Assembly (NCBI GenBank): GCA_965199715.1
Contig: CBDATA010000001.1
Location: forward strand, 224,001 to 288,000
From: Vicinamibacteria bacterium
GTDB taxonomy: Bacteria; Acidobacteriota; Vicinamibacteria; Marinacidobacterales; Marinacidobacteraceae
Direction of reading: 5' to 3'
Length of the DNA: 64,000 bases
Of this stretch, positions 8,709-18,306 are shown one piece after another. The position numbers and the translations under genes are program-made. Within the stretch, counting starts at the first letter, position 1. Every line of letters begins with the position of its first letter. A model generated the notes under the pieces. The model worked only from the letters and a program-made list of their open reading frames with translations. It made no database searches and was not told the origin of the DNA.

Positions 8709-10235
8709 TCACTCCCCGTCGGGCATCTCCACGATCGCGAAGCTGCGGGCCCACTCGGCCTGGCCGGTCGGGAACGCGAACCAGACGGCGAAGCTCGCTC
8801 CGGCGGGGATCGGGGCCAGCGCCGCGGCGAGATCCTCCACGCCGCGCACCTGCTCCCCGTTCACTTCCGTGATGACGTAGCCCGGCTCGATTCCGGCGAG
8901 CGCCGCCGCCCCATCTCCCGCGACCCGCCGCACGAGCACGCCCTCGAAGTCGGCGCCGACCTGCCCGGCCAGCCGCGGCGTGAGCGTCTCTCCGGCGATT
9001 CCGAGCCGGCCCCCCGGGTCGGATTGCGGCTCGGCCGGCTCCTCGCCCCCGCCCTGGATCGGCGCCGCCTGCTCGAGATCGCGCCGGGCGAGCACGACCG
9101 GGAGCTCGAGGGTCTCCCCGCCGCGGAGGATCTCGACGCGCGAGGTTTCCCCCGGACGGGCGTCCGCGACCGCGAACTGGAGGTCCCGGCTGTTCTCGAC
9201 GACCCGGTCGTTGAACCGCACGATCACGTCCTGCCGGGCGAGTCCGGCCTTCTCGGCCGGCGAATCCGCCCCGGAGAAATCCACGATGACCGCGCCCCGC
9301 ACGCTCTCGTCGAGGAACAGCGCGCGGGCCACCTCGGCGTCCACCGGGCGCACCGACACGCCGAGCCATCCGCGGGTGACCTCGCCCTCGGTCGCGAGCT
9401 CGTCGTACACCCGCCGGGCGAGATTGGACGGAATGGAGAACCCGATCCCGATGTTGCCGGCGGCGCCGCCCATCTGAGCCAGCGTCTGGATGACCGAGTT
9501 CACCCCCACGAGCTGCCCGTCGAGGTTCACGAGCGGCCCGCCGGAGTTGCCCCGGTTGATCGCGGCGTCGGTCTGGATGAAGTCCTGGTAGTCGCCGCCC
9601 AGCACCCGGCCCTTGGCGCTCACGATGCCGGCCGTGACCGAATGGCTGTTCCCGAGCGGGTTCCCGATCGCGAGCACCCAATCCCCGACGCGAACCTCCT
9701 CGGAGTCGCCGATCGGCAGCCACGGGAAGGCCCGATCCTCGGCCTGGATGCGCAGCACCGCCAGGTCCGTCGGCGGATCGGCGCCCACGACCGTGGCGGT
9801 CCACTCGCTGCCGTCGGCCATGACGACCCGGATCCGCGCCGCGTCCTCGATGACGTGGTTGTTCGTGAGGATCAGCCCCTCGGGGTCCACGATCGCCCCG
9901 GAGCCGCGACCGGCCGACGGCCGCTGGGGACCGCCCCGGAACATCTCGGGAAGATCCGCCGCCGGGCGCGACCGGTGCTCCACTTCCACGCTCACGACCG
10001 CCGGGGTGGCCACCCGCGCCACTTCGGCGAACGCGTCGGAAAGCGTGCGCGCCGCGGCGGTGGCGGCGGGATCGGGAGCCTGCTGCGCCGGCGGCGGGGT
10101 CGGCGGCGAGGTTCGGGGGGGGGCCTCCCGGGGAGCGGCCGGCTCCCGCGCGGGCTCCGCGAACGGCTCGACGAGGCAGCCGCCCGCGAATAGCGCGAGC
10201 GCGAGCGTCGAAAGGGGAACCAGTATGCGGTTCAT
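8709..10235 (-). CDS. DegP/HtrA (Do) serine endoprotease with two PDZ domains, probable lipoprotein
   Basis: ILTNNHVI, TDLAVL and IQTDAAINRGNSGGPL; ATG at 10235 with signal ending FAGGC. Confidence 0.95.
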   Translation of the reverse strand: MNRILVPLSTLALALFAGGCLVEPFAEPAREPAAPREAPPRTSPPTPPPAQQAPDPAATAAARTLSDAFAEVARVATPAVVSVEVEHRSRPAADLPEMFRGGPQRPSAGRGSGAIVDPEGLILTNNHVIEDAARIRVVMADGSEWTATVVGADPPTDLAVLRIQAEDRAFPWLPIGDSEEVRVGDWVLAIGNPLGNSHSVTAGIVSAKGRVLGGDYQDFIQTDAAINRGNSGGPLVNLDGQLVGVNSVIQTLAQMGGAAGNIGIGFSIPSNLARRVYDELATEGEVTRGWLGVSVRPVDAEVARALFLDESVRGAVIVDFSGADSPAEKAGLARQDVIVRFNDRVVENSRDLQFAVADARPGETSRVEILRGGETLELPVVLARRDLEQAAPIQGGGEEPAEPQSDPGGRLGIAGETLTPRLAGQVGADFEGVLVRRVAGDGAAALAGIEPGYVITEVNGEQVRGVEDLAAALAPIPAGASFAVWFAFPTGQAEWARSFAIVEMPDGE

Positions 10236-10420
10236 GAAACGAGAGCCTCCTGGGGCGCGGGTTCGCAAGCCTCTCGAATATACCGCGGGGCCGGCGCCGG
10301 AGTCCCCCCCGCCGTCGGCGCACCGATCGCCGGCTGGCACAACGATTGCGGGTGGCAACGCCTCGGAACCGGGTCGGCAAGGCCGACGCAGCGCGCCGCA
10401 CCGGCGAAAGGAACCGCATC

Positions 10421-11224
10421 ATGATCCGACACGGACTGGCCGCGCTCGCGACGAGCGCCCTCGTCGTCGTCGCCGGCCCCGCCGCCGCGGAGCAGCCGGC
10501 GCGCGAAGCGCCGGCGACGGCCCGCGGCGCGGACGAGGCCGTCCAGCCCCCGTACCGGGGCGGCGGACGCCGGGCGCGACGGCAGGCGGCCCCGCGCGTC
10601 TCGACGCCCAGGTGGGGATTCGCGGTGTTCGGCGGCGCGAGCGCCTTCCTGCCCGACGGCGACCTCTGGGCCGACAACGAGTACGACTTCGGCACCGACA
10701 ACGGCGACCTCGCGAGCGGGCGCTTCGGCGTGGACTTCCACTACGCGGTGAACCCGCGCGTAGAGATCCTCGCCGGCTTCGAGGGCGGCGGGACCGACTT
10801 CGTCACCAGCTACATCGACTACGTGTTCGAGGACGGAGACGAGATCGCCCACTACACCGAGTACACGTTCCTGGATTTCACCCTCGGCCTCCGGCTGCGC
10901 CTGCTCCCCGCGGGCGACGGATTCTCGCCGTACGTGTTCGGCGGGGCGATGGGGAGCTTCTACGACTACCGCGAGTCGGGGGACTTCGTGGACTTCGGGA
11001 GCGTCCACCAGGACATCGTGTACGACGCCTACCAGGAGTCCAGCTTCCTGCCCGGGTTCTTCGCGGGAGCCGGAGCGGAGTTCGCCGTCTCTCCCAACGT
11101 CGGCTTCTTCGCCGAGTGGCGCCTGCACCGCGCCGAGGGCGCCCACCAGGACGACTTCGCCGGATACGGAGACTTCGCGGCGCTGCGCAACGGGGGCGTG
11201 GTCGGAGTGCGGCTCCAGTTCTGA
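10421..11224 (+). CDS. Outer-membrane beta-barrel protein
   Basis: Signal peptide, alternating aromatic beta-strands, SPYVFGG, and C-terminal Phe (GVRLQF). Confidence 0.75.
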   Translation: MIRHGLAALATSALVVVAGPAAAEQPAREAPATARGADEAVQPPYRGGGRRARRQAAPRVSTPRWGFAVFGGASAFLPDGDLWADNEYDFGTDNGDLASGRFGVDFHYAVNPRVEILAGFEGGGTDFVTSYIDYVFEDGDEIAHYTEYTFLDFTLGLRLRLLPAGDGFSPYVFGGAMGSFYDYRESGDFVDFGSVHQDIVYDAYQESSFLPGFFAGAGAEFAVSPNVGFFAEWRLHRAEGAHQDDFAGYGDFAALRNGGVVGVRLQF

Positions 11225-11230
11225 CGAAAG

Positions 11231-11264
11231 GGGACGGGCCGCTACCCGGGAAGCGGCCCGTCCC
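11231..11264. terminator. GC-rich hairpin between convergent genes, possible bidirectional terminator
   Basis: GGGACGGGCCGCT-n8-AGCGGCCCGTCCC, a 13-bp perfect stem with no long U-tract. Confidence 0.55.
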
Positions 11265-12051
11265 GGTGCGCCGCGATCAGGTCGAGCAGGCGGCCGTGCA
11301 GCGCCCCGTTCGAGGCGACGATGTGGGGTCCGCCGTTCACGAACGTCTCGCCGTCGAAGTCGGTGACCGTTCCGCCGGCTTCCCGGACCATGAGTTCGCC
11401 CGCCGCGGTGTCCCAGGCGGAGAGCGTCTCCTCCCAGAATCCGTCGAACCGCCCGGCCGCCAGATTGCACAGGTCGAGCGCGGCGGACCCGGCGCGGCGC
11501 ACGCCCCGGGCCTCCCGGATGATCCCGAAGAACAGCCGCAGCGCCCGCTCCATGGCGTCGCGGGCGTAGGGGAACCCGGTCGCGAAGAGCGCCCGGTCGA
11601 GCCGTTCGGCGCTCGAGACGCGGATCGGCTCGCCGTTGAGGCGCGCTCCCTCCCCTTCCTCGGCGGTGAAGAGCTCCTCGCGCGTGGGGTCGAGCACCGC
11701 ACCCGCCCGCACCCGGCGCCCCTCCTCGTAGGCCACCGAAACCGCGAACACCGGAAATCCGTGGCTGAAGTTGGTCGTTCCGTCGAGCGGATCCACGATG
11801 AACCGGCACCCGGACCGCGCGCCCGCGACCTCTCCGCCCTCCTCGGCGAGGATGGGCACGTCCGGCTGCTCGCGCCGGAGCGTCTCGATCACGCGCTCCT
11901 CGGCCGCCCGGTCGACTTCGGTGACCAGGTCGATGCGCCCCTTGTACTCCATCGAGAACGCTCGGGATCCGCGCTGGCCGTGCGCCCGGCGGACGATCTC
12001 CGCCCCGGCGCGGGCGGCGGCGACGCAGGCGCGGCCTTCCGGGGTGCGCAT
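11242..12051 (-). CDS. suhB: Inositol monophosphatase family protein
   Basis: DLVTEVDRAAE, VDPLDGTTNF, RRAGSAALDL and WDTAAG motifs. Confidence 0.93.
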   Translation of the reverse strand: MRTPEGRACVAAARAGAEIVRRAHGQRGSRAFSMEYKGRIDLVTEVDRAAEERVIETLRREQPDVPILAEEGGEVAGARSGCRFIVDPLDGTTNFSHGFPVFAVSVAYEEGRRVRAGAVLDPTREELFTAEEGEGARLNGEPIRVSSAERLDRALFATGFPYARDAMERALRLFFGIIREARGVRRAGSAALDLCNLAAGRFDGFWEETLSAWDTAAGELMVREAGGTVTDFDGETFVNGGPHIVASNGALHGRLLDLIAAHRDGPLPG

Positions 12052-12476
12052 CACGCCCGAATTTCGGGCGGGCGCTTGCGCAGCGTCACCCGCGTCCCTC
12101 CGCCCGGAGCGCGATCCCACGCCACGTCGTCCATGAACTGCCGCATGAAGAAAATGCCCCGTCCGCTCTCCTTGAGCAGGTTCTCCGCCTTGAGCGGATC
12201 CGGGACCGAGTCGGCGTCGAACCCCTCGCCCTCGTCCTCGACCAGAACCTCCAGCGGCCCGCCGCCGTCCGAGCCCGCGATCCGCACGCGCAGCCGGCGC
12301 GAGCGTTCGAGGCGGTTCCCGTGCAGCATCCCGTTCGTCACCGCCTCGCGCACCGCCGCCCCCATCCAGTGCGCGGTGTCGGCGTCGTAGCCGCCGTCCT
12401 CGCAGGCGCGGGCGAAGATGGACATCACGAGCTCGACCCACTCGATCCGGGTCTCCAGATCGAGATACGCCCTCAA
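12051..12476 (-). CDS. RsbW/SpoIIAB-like anti-sigma factor (HATPase_c)
   Basis: REAVTNGMLHGN, VEDEGEGFD and ESGRGIFFMRQFMD; TTG start overlaps the rng stop. Confidence 0.88.
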   Translation of the reverse strand: MRAYLDLETRIEWVELVMSIFARACEDGGYDADTAHWMGAAVREAVTNGMLHGNRLERSRRLRVRIAGSDGGGPLEVLVEDEGEGFDADSVPDPLKAENLLKESGRGIFFMRQFMDDVAWDRAPGGGTRVTLRKRPPEIRA

Positions 12477-13978
12477 TCGCGGCCCCCTTCCCCGCCCGCG
12501 ACGACGGCGACCGGCTCCGGCGGGGGCGCCGCGGCCTCGCGCTCCAGCGCGTACGGGCCCTCGGCCGCGTTCAGCGACTCCTCGATCCGGACCTCGCCCG
12601 GGATCGCCTCGCGCAGTTCGGCGAGCGCCGGAGAGGATCGCAGCGCGGCGGCGAGCGTGGGCGTCGCCCGGATCAGGAGGCCGCCCGGCTCCCGCGCGAA
12701 CCGGCGCCGGGCCTCGTTCACGATGTCCCGGCACGCCGCCGGCAGCGAGCGGACTCGCCCCTGCCCCTTGCACTCCGGGCACGGCGCCAGCAGCGAGAAA
12801 TCGAGCGACTCGCGCTCCCGCTTGCGGGTGAGGATCACGAGCCCGGCGAGGGCCTCGGGCGGGCTCACCTTGGTGAGCGCGGGGTCGCGCCTCAGGCGCC
12901 CCTCCAGCGCCCGGTGGACCCGATTCCGGTTGCGGGCCTCCTTCATGTCGATGAAATCGATCACGATGATCCCACCGAGGTCCCGCAGCCGAACCTGCCG
13001 CGCGACTTCGGCCGCCGCCTCGAGGTTCGTCGCCGTGTTCGTGTCCTCCCGGCTGGCCCCGTCCCCGGTGTAGCTGCCGGTGTTCACGTCCACCGCCTTC
13101 AGCGCCTCGGTGTGGTCGATCACGATGGAGCCGCCGGAGGGGAGTCTCACCCGTCGCCGGAGCGCGTTCCGGAACGCGGCCTCGACCCCGTACTCGTCGA
13201 AGATGGGGAAATTGCGCGAGTAGTACCGCACGTTGTGCTCGAGGCCGGGCAGGTACATGCGCACGAAGTTCACGAGCGCGTTGTAGAGCTTCTCGGAGTC
13301 CACCCGGATCGCGCCGAAGCCGGCGAACAGCGCGTCCCGCACGTAGCGGAAGACCATGGACGGCTCGGCCCGGAGGCACGCGGGCGGACCCGAGGCGCCC
13401 TGCCGGCGGATCTCCTCGAAGTCCGCGCCCAGCCGGACGAGGTCGTTGCGAAGCGACTCCTCGTCGCGCTGCTCCGCCGAGGCGCGGGCCATCCACTCGC
13501 CCGGCGGCGCGGCGGCGCCCTGCATGAGCGCCCGCAGCCGCAGGGCCTCGCGTTCCCCCTCGATTTCGCGGGCCACCCGCGCCGCGTCGCGGGAGAAGGG
13601 CCGATAGTCGAAGTAGCGCCCGGTGAGCCGAAGGAAGCCGCTCACCTTGTATCCCTTGTCGCCGAGCGGCTCCCGCGTCACCTGCACCAGAACCGGCTGG
13701 CCGACCTTCAGGACGCCCTCGATCCGGCCGGCGTCGGCGCCGGCCTCCCGTGGCACCTGCCCCGCCTGCAGGTAGCCGTTGCGGGCGAGGCCGAGGTCCA
13801 CGAACGCGGCCTGGGTGGCGGGCACGATCCGCTGCACCCGCCCCCGATACACCCCGTGCAGCGCGTTCGCCCGCTGGGTGGACTCGACCCCCAGCTCGAC
13901 GACCTCCCCGTCCTCGACCAGCGCCATCCGCGTCTCGTCGGGAAGGCTCGCGACGATCAGTTCACGCAACGCGGCCAC
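12473..13978 (-). CDS. rng: Ribonuclease G (Rne/Rng family)
   Basis: S1 domain AAFVDLG, VDVNTG, LRDLGGIIVIDFIDM and CPECKG. Confidence 0.92.
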   Translation of the reverse strand: MAALRELIVASLPDETRMALVEDGEVVELGVESTQRANALHGVYRGRVQRIVPATQAAFVDLGLARNGYLQAGQVPREAGADAGRIEGVLKVGQPVLVQVTREPLGDKGYKVSGFLRLTGRYFDYRPFSRDAARVAREIEGEREALRLRALMQGAAAPPGEWMARASAEQRDEESLRNDLVRLGADFEEIRRQGASGPPACLRAEPSMVFRYVRDALFAGFGAIRVDSEKLYNALVNFVRMYLPGLEHNVRYYSRNFPIFDEYGVEAAFRNALRRRVRLPSGGSIVIDHTEALKAVDVNTGSYTGDGASREDTNTATNLEAAAEVARQVRLRDLGGIIVIDFIDMKEARNRNRVHRALEGRLRRDPALTKVSPPEALAGLVILTRKRERESLDFSLLAPCPECKGQGRVRSLPAACRDIVNEARRRFAREPGGLLIRATPTLAAALRSSPALAELREAIPGEVRIEESLNAAEGPYALEREAAAPPPEPVAVVAGGEGGRD

Positions 13979-14033
13979 GCTTCATGAGTCGGTTCCGAAA
14001 GGTACCACGCAGTTTCGGCGCCTCGTCCCGGGG

Positions 14034-15128
14034 TCAGGACAAGAACGTGTGGCGGCGCACGGCGGCCACGAGCCCGACGGCGGCGCCGCTCACGAGGAGG
14101 GAATTCCCGCCGTAGCTCACGAGCGGCAGCGGGAACCCCTTCACCGGAACCAGCCCGGCCACCATGGCGATGTTGTATCCGGCCTGGAGGAAGAGCATCA
14201 GGAACACGCCGCCGCAGATCATTCCGCCCAGCGTGTCCCGCGCCTGGGCCGCCGCCGCGCCGATGGTCAGGATCGTGTGGCCGAGCCACGCGAAGAGGCC
14301 GATCACGAGGACTACCCCGAGAAAGCCGGCCTCCTCGGCGAGCACCGCGAACACGAAGTCGGTGTGCGGCGCCGGCAGGAATTCGTACCCGGTCTGGGAG
14401 CCCCGCAGCCATCCGGCGCCGGTGAGCTGGCCCGACCCGACCGCGATCGCCGCCTGGACCGACTGGTAGGAGGCTCCGAGCGGATCGCTCTCCGGGTTCA
14501 TGAACGTGAGGATCCGCTGCTTCTGGTAATCCTGCAGGCCGAAGATCCACAGCAGCGGCAGCGAGAGCGCGAGGAGCCCGCCGCCCTGCAGGACGCGTCT
14601 CCACGCCGCGCCGGCGAGAAACACCATGCCGACCGCCACGCCGACAAGAATCGCGGCGCTGCCGAGATCGGGCTGCGTCGCGACGCCCAGCACGAGCGCG
14701 AGGGTGCAGGCGATCCAGGCCGCCGCGGCCTTGGCGTCCAGCCGGTCGCGCGCCGCCTGGCGGAGGAGGTGCGCGAGCAGCAGCACGAGCGCCAGCTTCG
14801 CGAATTCGGCCGGCTGCAGGGTCGCGAGCCCGATGTCCAGCCAGCGCCGCGTGCCGGCGCGCAGCCCGGCCGCGACGGTGGAGAACACGCTGAGCGCGAG
14901 GACCGAAACGAACAGGATGGCCGACAGGCGCGAGAGCCGGCGATAGTCGAGTCGGGAGATGAGCACGCAGGCGGTCGCGGCGATGGCGAACCGGACGAGG
15001 TGGTCGGCGATGGAGATGCCGGCGACGCCCTGAAGGGCGCTCGTGAGGACCGGGAGCGCGACGAGGCTCAGGAGCGCCGCGCTCGCGAGCAGCCCGCCGT
15101 CAGTCTCTTGAAGCCACTTGGCGAACAC
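14034..15128 (-). CDS. rodA: Rod shape-determining SEDS protein RodA
   Basis: QPAEFAK, QPDLGSA, PAPHTDFVF and PLVSYGG; follows mrdA. Confidence 0.93.
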   Translation of the reverse strand: MFAKWLQETDGGLLASAALLSLVALPVLTSALQGVAGISIADHLVRFAIAATACVLISRLDYRRLSRLSAILFVSVLALSVFSTVAAGLRAGTRRWLDIGLATLQPAEFAKLALVLLLAHLLRQAARDRLDAKAAAAWIACTLALVLGVATQPDLGSAAILVGVAVGMVFLAGAAWRRVLQGGGLLALSLPLLWIFGLQDYQKQRILTFMNPESDPLGASYQSVQAAIAVGSGQLTGAGWLRGSQTGYEFLPAPHTDFVFAVLAEEAGFLGVVLVIGLFAWLGHTILTIGAAAAQARDTLGGMICGGVFLMLFLQAGYNIAMVAGLVPVKGFPLPLVSYGGNSLLVSGAAVGLVAAVRRHTFLS

Positions 15129-16932
15129 GTTCCGCCCCTCCTGCTTCCTTCGCCCGGAACCACGCGTCGAAGATCGAGCGCGCGATCGGCGCCGCGTAGG
15201 TTCCGCCGCCGCCCACGTGCTCCACGATCACGGCGACGGCGATCTCCGGATTCTCGTGGGGCGCGTACCCGACGAACCAGGCGTGGGTGCGGAACTGGCG
15301 GGGCCGGTCGGCGTTGTTCCGCGCGACCCGCGAAAGGGCGGCCACCTGCGCCGTGCCCGTCTTGCCGCTCACGTCGATCCCGTCGAGGCCGGCGCGGCGC
15401 GCCGTGCCGCGCGTCACCGCCGCCCGCATTCCCTCGCGGATGAGCGCGAAGTGCTCCGGAGTCACCTCCGCGACCGGCCGCGTCGCTTCGCTTCCGACGA
15501 GCCGGGGCTGGAAGACCGTTCCCGAAGTCGCCACCGCGGCGACCATCCGGGCCATCTGAATCGGAGTCGTCTGCAGCGGCCCCTGCCCCACCGCCAGCGA
15601 GACGGTCTCGCTCGCGTACCAGCGGTCCCCGTGGACCCGCCGCTTCCAGTCGCGGGTGGGCACGAGCCCGGCGGTCTCGCTCGTCAGATCGACCCCGGTG
15701 CGGGAGCCGAGCCCGAGCGCGCGGGCGTAACGGGCGAGGACGTCCACGTCGAGCCGGGCCGCGAGCCGATAGAAGAACACGTTGCACGACGCCGCGAGGG
15801 CTTCCACGAGGTTGAGCGAGCCGTGCCCCTCGCCCCGGTGGCACGCGAACGTCCGGCCCGCGACCCGGGCGCGTCCCCGGCACGTGTGGCGCGTGTTCTC
15901 GTCCACGAGACCCTCGCCGAGCGCAGCGGCCGCGGTCACCAGCTTGAAGGTGGAGCCGGGCGGGTACTTCCCCTGGATGGCGCGATTCAGGAGCGGCTTC
16001 ATCGGGTCGTTCATGAGCGTCCGCCACTCCTCCCGCATCCGGTCGAGTCCGCCGTCGAAGGACGGGTAGCTCCCCAGCCCGAGAATCCCGCCGTCGCGCA
16101 GGTCGAGCGCGACGAACGCGCCGCTCTCCTCCCCGAACGCCTCGTACGCCGCCTGCTGGATCGCGGCCATCGCGGAGAGCTGCAGGCTGCGCCCGCGCAC
16201 CGCTTCCCGCCGTCCGGCGCCTCCGGGGACGAGCACGCGCTGGCGGCTGTCCACGACGCTGCGGATCACTCCGTCGGCGCCGGCGAGGGCGTCGTTGTAC
16301 ACGCGCTCCAACCCGTCCTGCCCGACGTGGTCGCCGGCGCGGTATTCGGAGAACTCCTCCAGCAGGAGCTGCGCCCCGGTCACTTCGCCGACGTGCCCGA
16401 GCAGGTGCCCGGTCGCGGGACCGAGCGGATAGCTGCGGGCCGGGACGAAATCGACGCGCACGTCGGAGAGCTCGCGTCGCCGCGCCGCGTACCAGGCCGC
16501 CTCCTCGAAATTGATGGGCCGCACCACCGCCGGCCGCCGCGCCGCCTCGCGCCGGAGCGCGACCAGCTCCTCGGGCCCCGCCTCGAGGCGGCCGATGGCC
16601 TCGAGCTGCCGAAGCCCCTCCGTCCCGGCGGTCAGCAGGAACGAGGGCCGGGTCTGGGCCAGAACCTGCCCGTCGCGGTCGGTCACGAGGCCCCTCGGCG
16701 CGCGGGCGCGTTCCGACGACACGTAGTTGTTGCGGGCGCGTTCGGCGTACTCCTCGCCCCGGACGATCTGGAGATTCCAGAAGCGCACCAGAAGAAGCGC
16801 CGCCGCCGCCCACAGGGCGACGCGCGCCAGCGCCAGCCGGGAGGCGACGCGGCGGCCGCGCCCGAGATCCAGAAACCCCACGGACTGAGAGCGACGGTAG
16901 CGGGGCCGCGCGCGCGTGCCGACGAGTTTCAT
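15100..16932 (-). CDS. mrdA: Penicillin-binding protein 2
   Basis: YPPGSTFK (SxxK), SCN and GKTGTAQV motifs; ATG at 16932. Confidence 0.93.
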   Translation of the reverse strand: MKLVGTRARPRYRRSQSVGFLDLGRGRRVASRLALARVALWAAAALLLVRFWNLQIVRGEEYAERARNNYVSSERARAPRGLVTDRDGQVLAQTRPSFLLTAGTEGLRQLEAIGRLEAGPEELVALRREAARRPAVVRPINFEEAAWYAARRRELSDVRVDFVPARSYPLGPATGHLLGHVGEVTGAQLLLEEFSEYRAGDHVGQDGLERVYNDALAGADGVIRSVVDSRQRVLVPGGAGRREAVRGRSLQLSAMAAIQQAAYEAFGEESGAFVALDLRDGGILGLGSYPSFDGGLDRMREEWRTLMNDPMKPLLNRAIQGKYPPGSTFKLVTAAAALGEGLVDENTRHTCRGRARVAGRTFACHRGEGHGSLNLVEALAASCNVFFYRLAARLDVDVLARYARALGLGSRTGVDLTSETAGLVPTRDWKRRVHGDRWYASETVSLAVGQGPLQTTPIQMARMVAAVATSGTVFQPRLVGSEATRPVAEVTPEHFALIREGMRAAVTRGTARRAGLDGIDVSGKTGTAQVAALSRVARNNADRPRQFRTHAWFVGYAPHENPEIAVAVIVEHVGGGGTYAAPIARSIFDAWFRAKEAGGAERVRQVASRD

Positions 16933-17441
16933 CGGATGCCGGGTCCGTCCCCGGGCGCCGGATAGCGGGAGAGCGCCCGCACGTGGGCGCACGCGGCGTG
17001 CAGGAGGCAGCCGTAGAGCGCCGAGACCGGGACTCCCAGAAGGAACGCTTGGACGGCGCCGCCGGTCGGTGCGCCGCCCCCGGCCACGAACTGGGCGAGG
17101 GCGTACAGGAGTCCGTCGGCGAGCGCCGCGAGGACGGCGATGAGGCCGAAGGCCGCCGGCGGAATCGGCGGCCACTGCGCGGACGCGTTCTGGAGCGACC
17201 GGCACACGACCAGCTTGGAGATCCCGTTGAGTCCGACGTAGCCGGACGACAGGGCGTCCTTGAGCAGTCCGCCGGCGGCGGCCCCGCCGAGCGCCGGGGC
17301 CGCGCGGCCGGTCACGGCGAGGGTCGCCACGGTGGCCAGCACGAAGTCGGGGGCGATCGTCGCCCGGTCCACGACTTCCGCGAACAGGAATTCCAGCAGG
17401 AAGGCGAGCAGGAGAAGGACCGGGATCAGGACGCCCGCCAT
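16929..17441 (-). CDS. mreD: Rod shape-determining protein MreD
   Basis: Hydrophobic 170 aa with PDF and GLLKDALS, between mreC and mrdA. Confidence 0.8.
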   Translation of the reverse strand: MAGVLIPVLLLLAFLLEFLFAEVVDRATIAPDFVLATVATLAVTGRAAPALGGAAAGGLLKDALSSGYVGLNGISKLVVCRSLQNASAQWPPIPPAAFGLIAVLAALADGLLYALAQFVAGGGAPTGGAVQAFLLGVPVSALYGCLLHAACAHVRALSRYPAPGDGPGIR

Positions 17442-17451
17442 CGCTCGCCGC

Positions 17452-18288
17452 CTAGCGGGAGGCCCACGGGCCGCCGGGCGGAACCGGCGGCAGGATGAAG
17501 ACGCGCTCGAGACGCTCCATGTCCACGAGCGGCTCGACCCAGATCTCGACGAGCATCGCGTTTCCCGAGTCGATGGCGCTCACGACCCCGATCGGGAGCC
17601 CCTTCGGGAACAGTCGGTCCGCGCCGCTCGAGATCACGGTCTCGCCCACGGCGACGCCATGCCCGATCGACACGTAGTCCAGCGAGAGCGCTCCTCCCGC
17701 ATCCGCAGGGGCCGCGCGGACGATCCCCGGCGAGCGGCTGGACGCGGTCAGCGCCGCCACCGCCGACTCCGGAGCGGTCAGGAGATCCACCTGGCTCGTC
17801 CTCGGGGCCACGCGGACGACGCGGCCCACGAGTCCCTCCGCGGCCATGACCGGCGCGTCGCCGAACACGCCGTGATCCGACCCCCGGTTGAGCGTCAGCG
17901 ACCGGTCGAACGGACCGGCGCCGAGCCCGGCGATCTCCGCCTCCAGCGGTTCACCCACGTCGAACAGCTCGCGATCCAGCGTCGTGAACCCGCGCGCCCG
18001 GTCCAGCAGGCCGCGCTGGACCGTGAGCTCCCACTCGAGCCGGGCGATCCGGTCGCGATACCGGTCGCGCTCGGCGCGGACCCCCGCCGGATCGAGCGCG
18101 GCGTCCACCCGCACCCGCAGCGAGCCGGCGAGGGAGTGGACCGCGTTCCGGCTCCCGGCGAGAACCGCCGCCGCGCGGTCCGCGCCCGGCAGCCCCCTCG
18201 AGTCGATCCGCACCCGCCACGTCAGGACGGCGAGGTTCCCGAGCAACAGGACCGCGAAGAGCCCCCTCGCCGAAGGCCCCCGCGACAC
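17452..18288 (-). CDS. mreC: Rod shape-determining protein MreC
   Basis: LNRGSDHGV, GLVGRV and SSGADRLFPKGLPIG motifs. Confidence 0.92.
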   Translation of the reverse strand: MSRGPSARGLFAVLLLGNLAVLTWRVRIDSRGLPGADRAAAVLAGSRNAVHSLAGSLRVRVDAALDPAGVRAERDRYRDRIARLEWELTVQRGLLDRARGFTTLDRELFDVGEPLEAEIAGLGAGPFDRSLTLNRGSDHGVFGDAPVMAAEGLVGRVVRVAPRTSQVDLLTAPESAVAALTASSRSPGIVRAAPADAGGALSLDYVSIGHGVAVGETVISSGADRLFPKGLPIGVVSAIDSGNAMLVEIWVEPLVDMERLERVFILPPVPPGGPWASR

Positions 18289-18306
18289 GGAACGCAGCCC
18301 CGTCGG

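Noticed and set aside
9613-12390. Many long alternative-frame or antisense ORFs (e.g. 925 aa at 9613, 955 aa at 42553, 743 aa at 17260, 695 aa at 39588)
   Set aside because: Arg/Pro/Gly-rich shadow ORFs expected at this GC content; they overlap well-supported genes and have no motifs
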